Assembly: GCA_038211115.1 (NCBI GenBank) | Contig: JBBQVX010000001.1 | Location: forward strand, 19,900-83,899 | Origin: Elusimicrobiota bacterium | GTDB taxonomy: Bacteria; Elusimicrobiota; Elusimicrobia; UBA1565; UBA9628 | Direction of reading: 5' to 3' | DNA: 64,000 nucleotides | Made by a program: the position numbers and the translations under genes | Notes under the pieces: generated by a model | Told to the model about the DNA's origin: nothing | The model's input: only the letters and a program-made list of their open reading frames with translations | The model's database searches: none | Shown here: in pieces, positions 63,975-64,000 of the stretch | Layout: every line of letters starts with the position of its first letter | Position numbering within the stretch: position 1 is the first letter of the stretch

Positions 63975-63980
63975 ATTGTA
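63975..63980 (-). promoter_or_regulatory. -10 box TACAAT, 5 nt before ATG 63969
   Basis: The reverse complement of 63975-63980 is TACAAT. An overlapping TGGTATTCT (63980-63988) is an alternative. Confidence 0.35.
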
Positions 63981-64000
63981 GAATACCAATTCCCCGACGA

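Overview
High-GC bacterial chromosomal segment (hand-counted 60-nt rows are about 68-78% G+C) with almost no non-coding space. I call 65 CDS. I recognised no rRNA, tRNA, CRISPR array, transposase or integrase. Positions 1-10.2 kb carry housekeeping genes: xseB, a membrane metallophosphoesterase, rimO, an RluA-family pseudouridine synthase, a HAD hydrolase, an EamA transporter, a divergent FolD-like gene, tlyA and an orphan response regulator. From about 10.2 kb to the right edge (about 54 kb) the window is one continuous glycan-biosynthesis supercluster. It holds two different nonulosonic-acid (NulO) synthases: a PseI type with pseB/pseG, and a NeuB/LegI type with legB-, neuC-, neuD- and ptmE-like genes. 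It also holds a PseC-type aminotransferase, four CMP-NulO-synthetase-family cytidylyltransferases, and two separate HisH/HisF/N-acetyl-sugar-amidotransferase triads (acetamidino chemistry). Further content: two formyltransferase-fold genes, a CDP-hexose branch (rfbF, rfbG, C-methyltransferase), two radical SAM enzymes, several methyltransferases, GT4/GT2 glycosyltransferases, an O-antigen-ligase-like/TPR protein, an MsbA/PglK-like ABC exporter and three large proteins of unknown function that are candidate novel transferases. A roughly 3-kb low-GC island (53.4-56.4 kb; counted rows about 43% G+C) sits inside the cluster. It encodes an orphan OmpR-type regulator, a small secreted protein and a Ser/Thr/Gly-rich tail-fibre/adhesin-like surface protein, a plausible glycosylation target. 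Two organisation features stand out. Nearly every operon-leading gene has an AT-rich -10 box only 5-12 nt upstream of its ATG, implying leaderless or near-leaderless mRNAs. About half of all same-strand gene junctions are 4-nt NTGA start/stop overlaps, including three CTGA junctions that suggest CTG initiation. All functional calls come from reading motifs in the translations. No database search was run.
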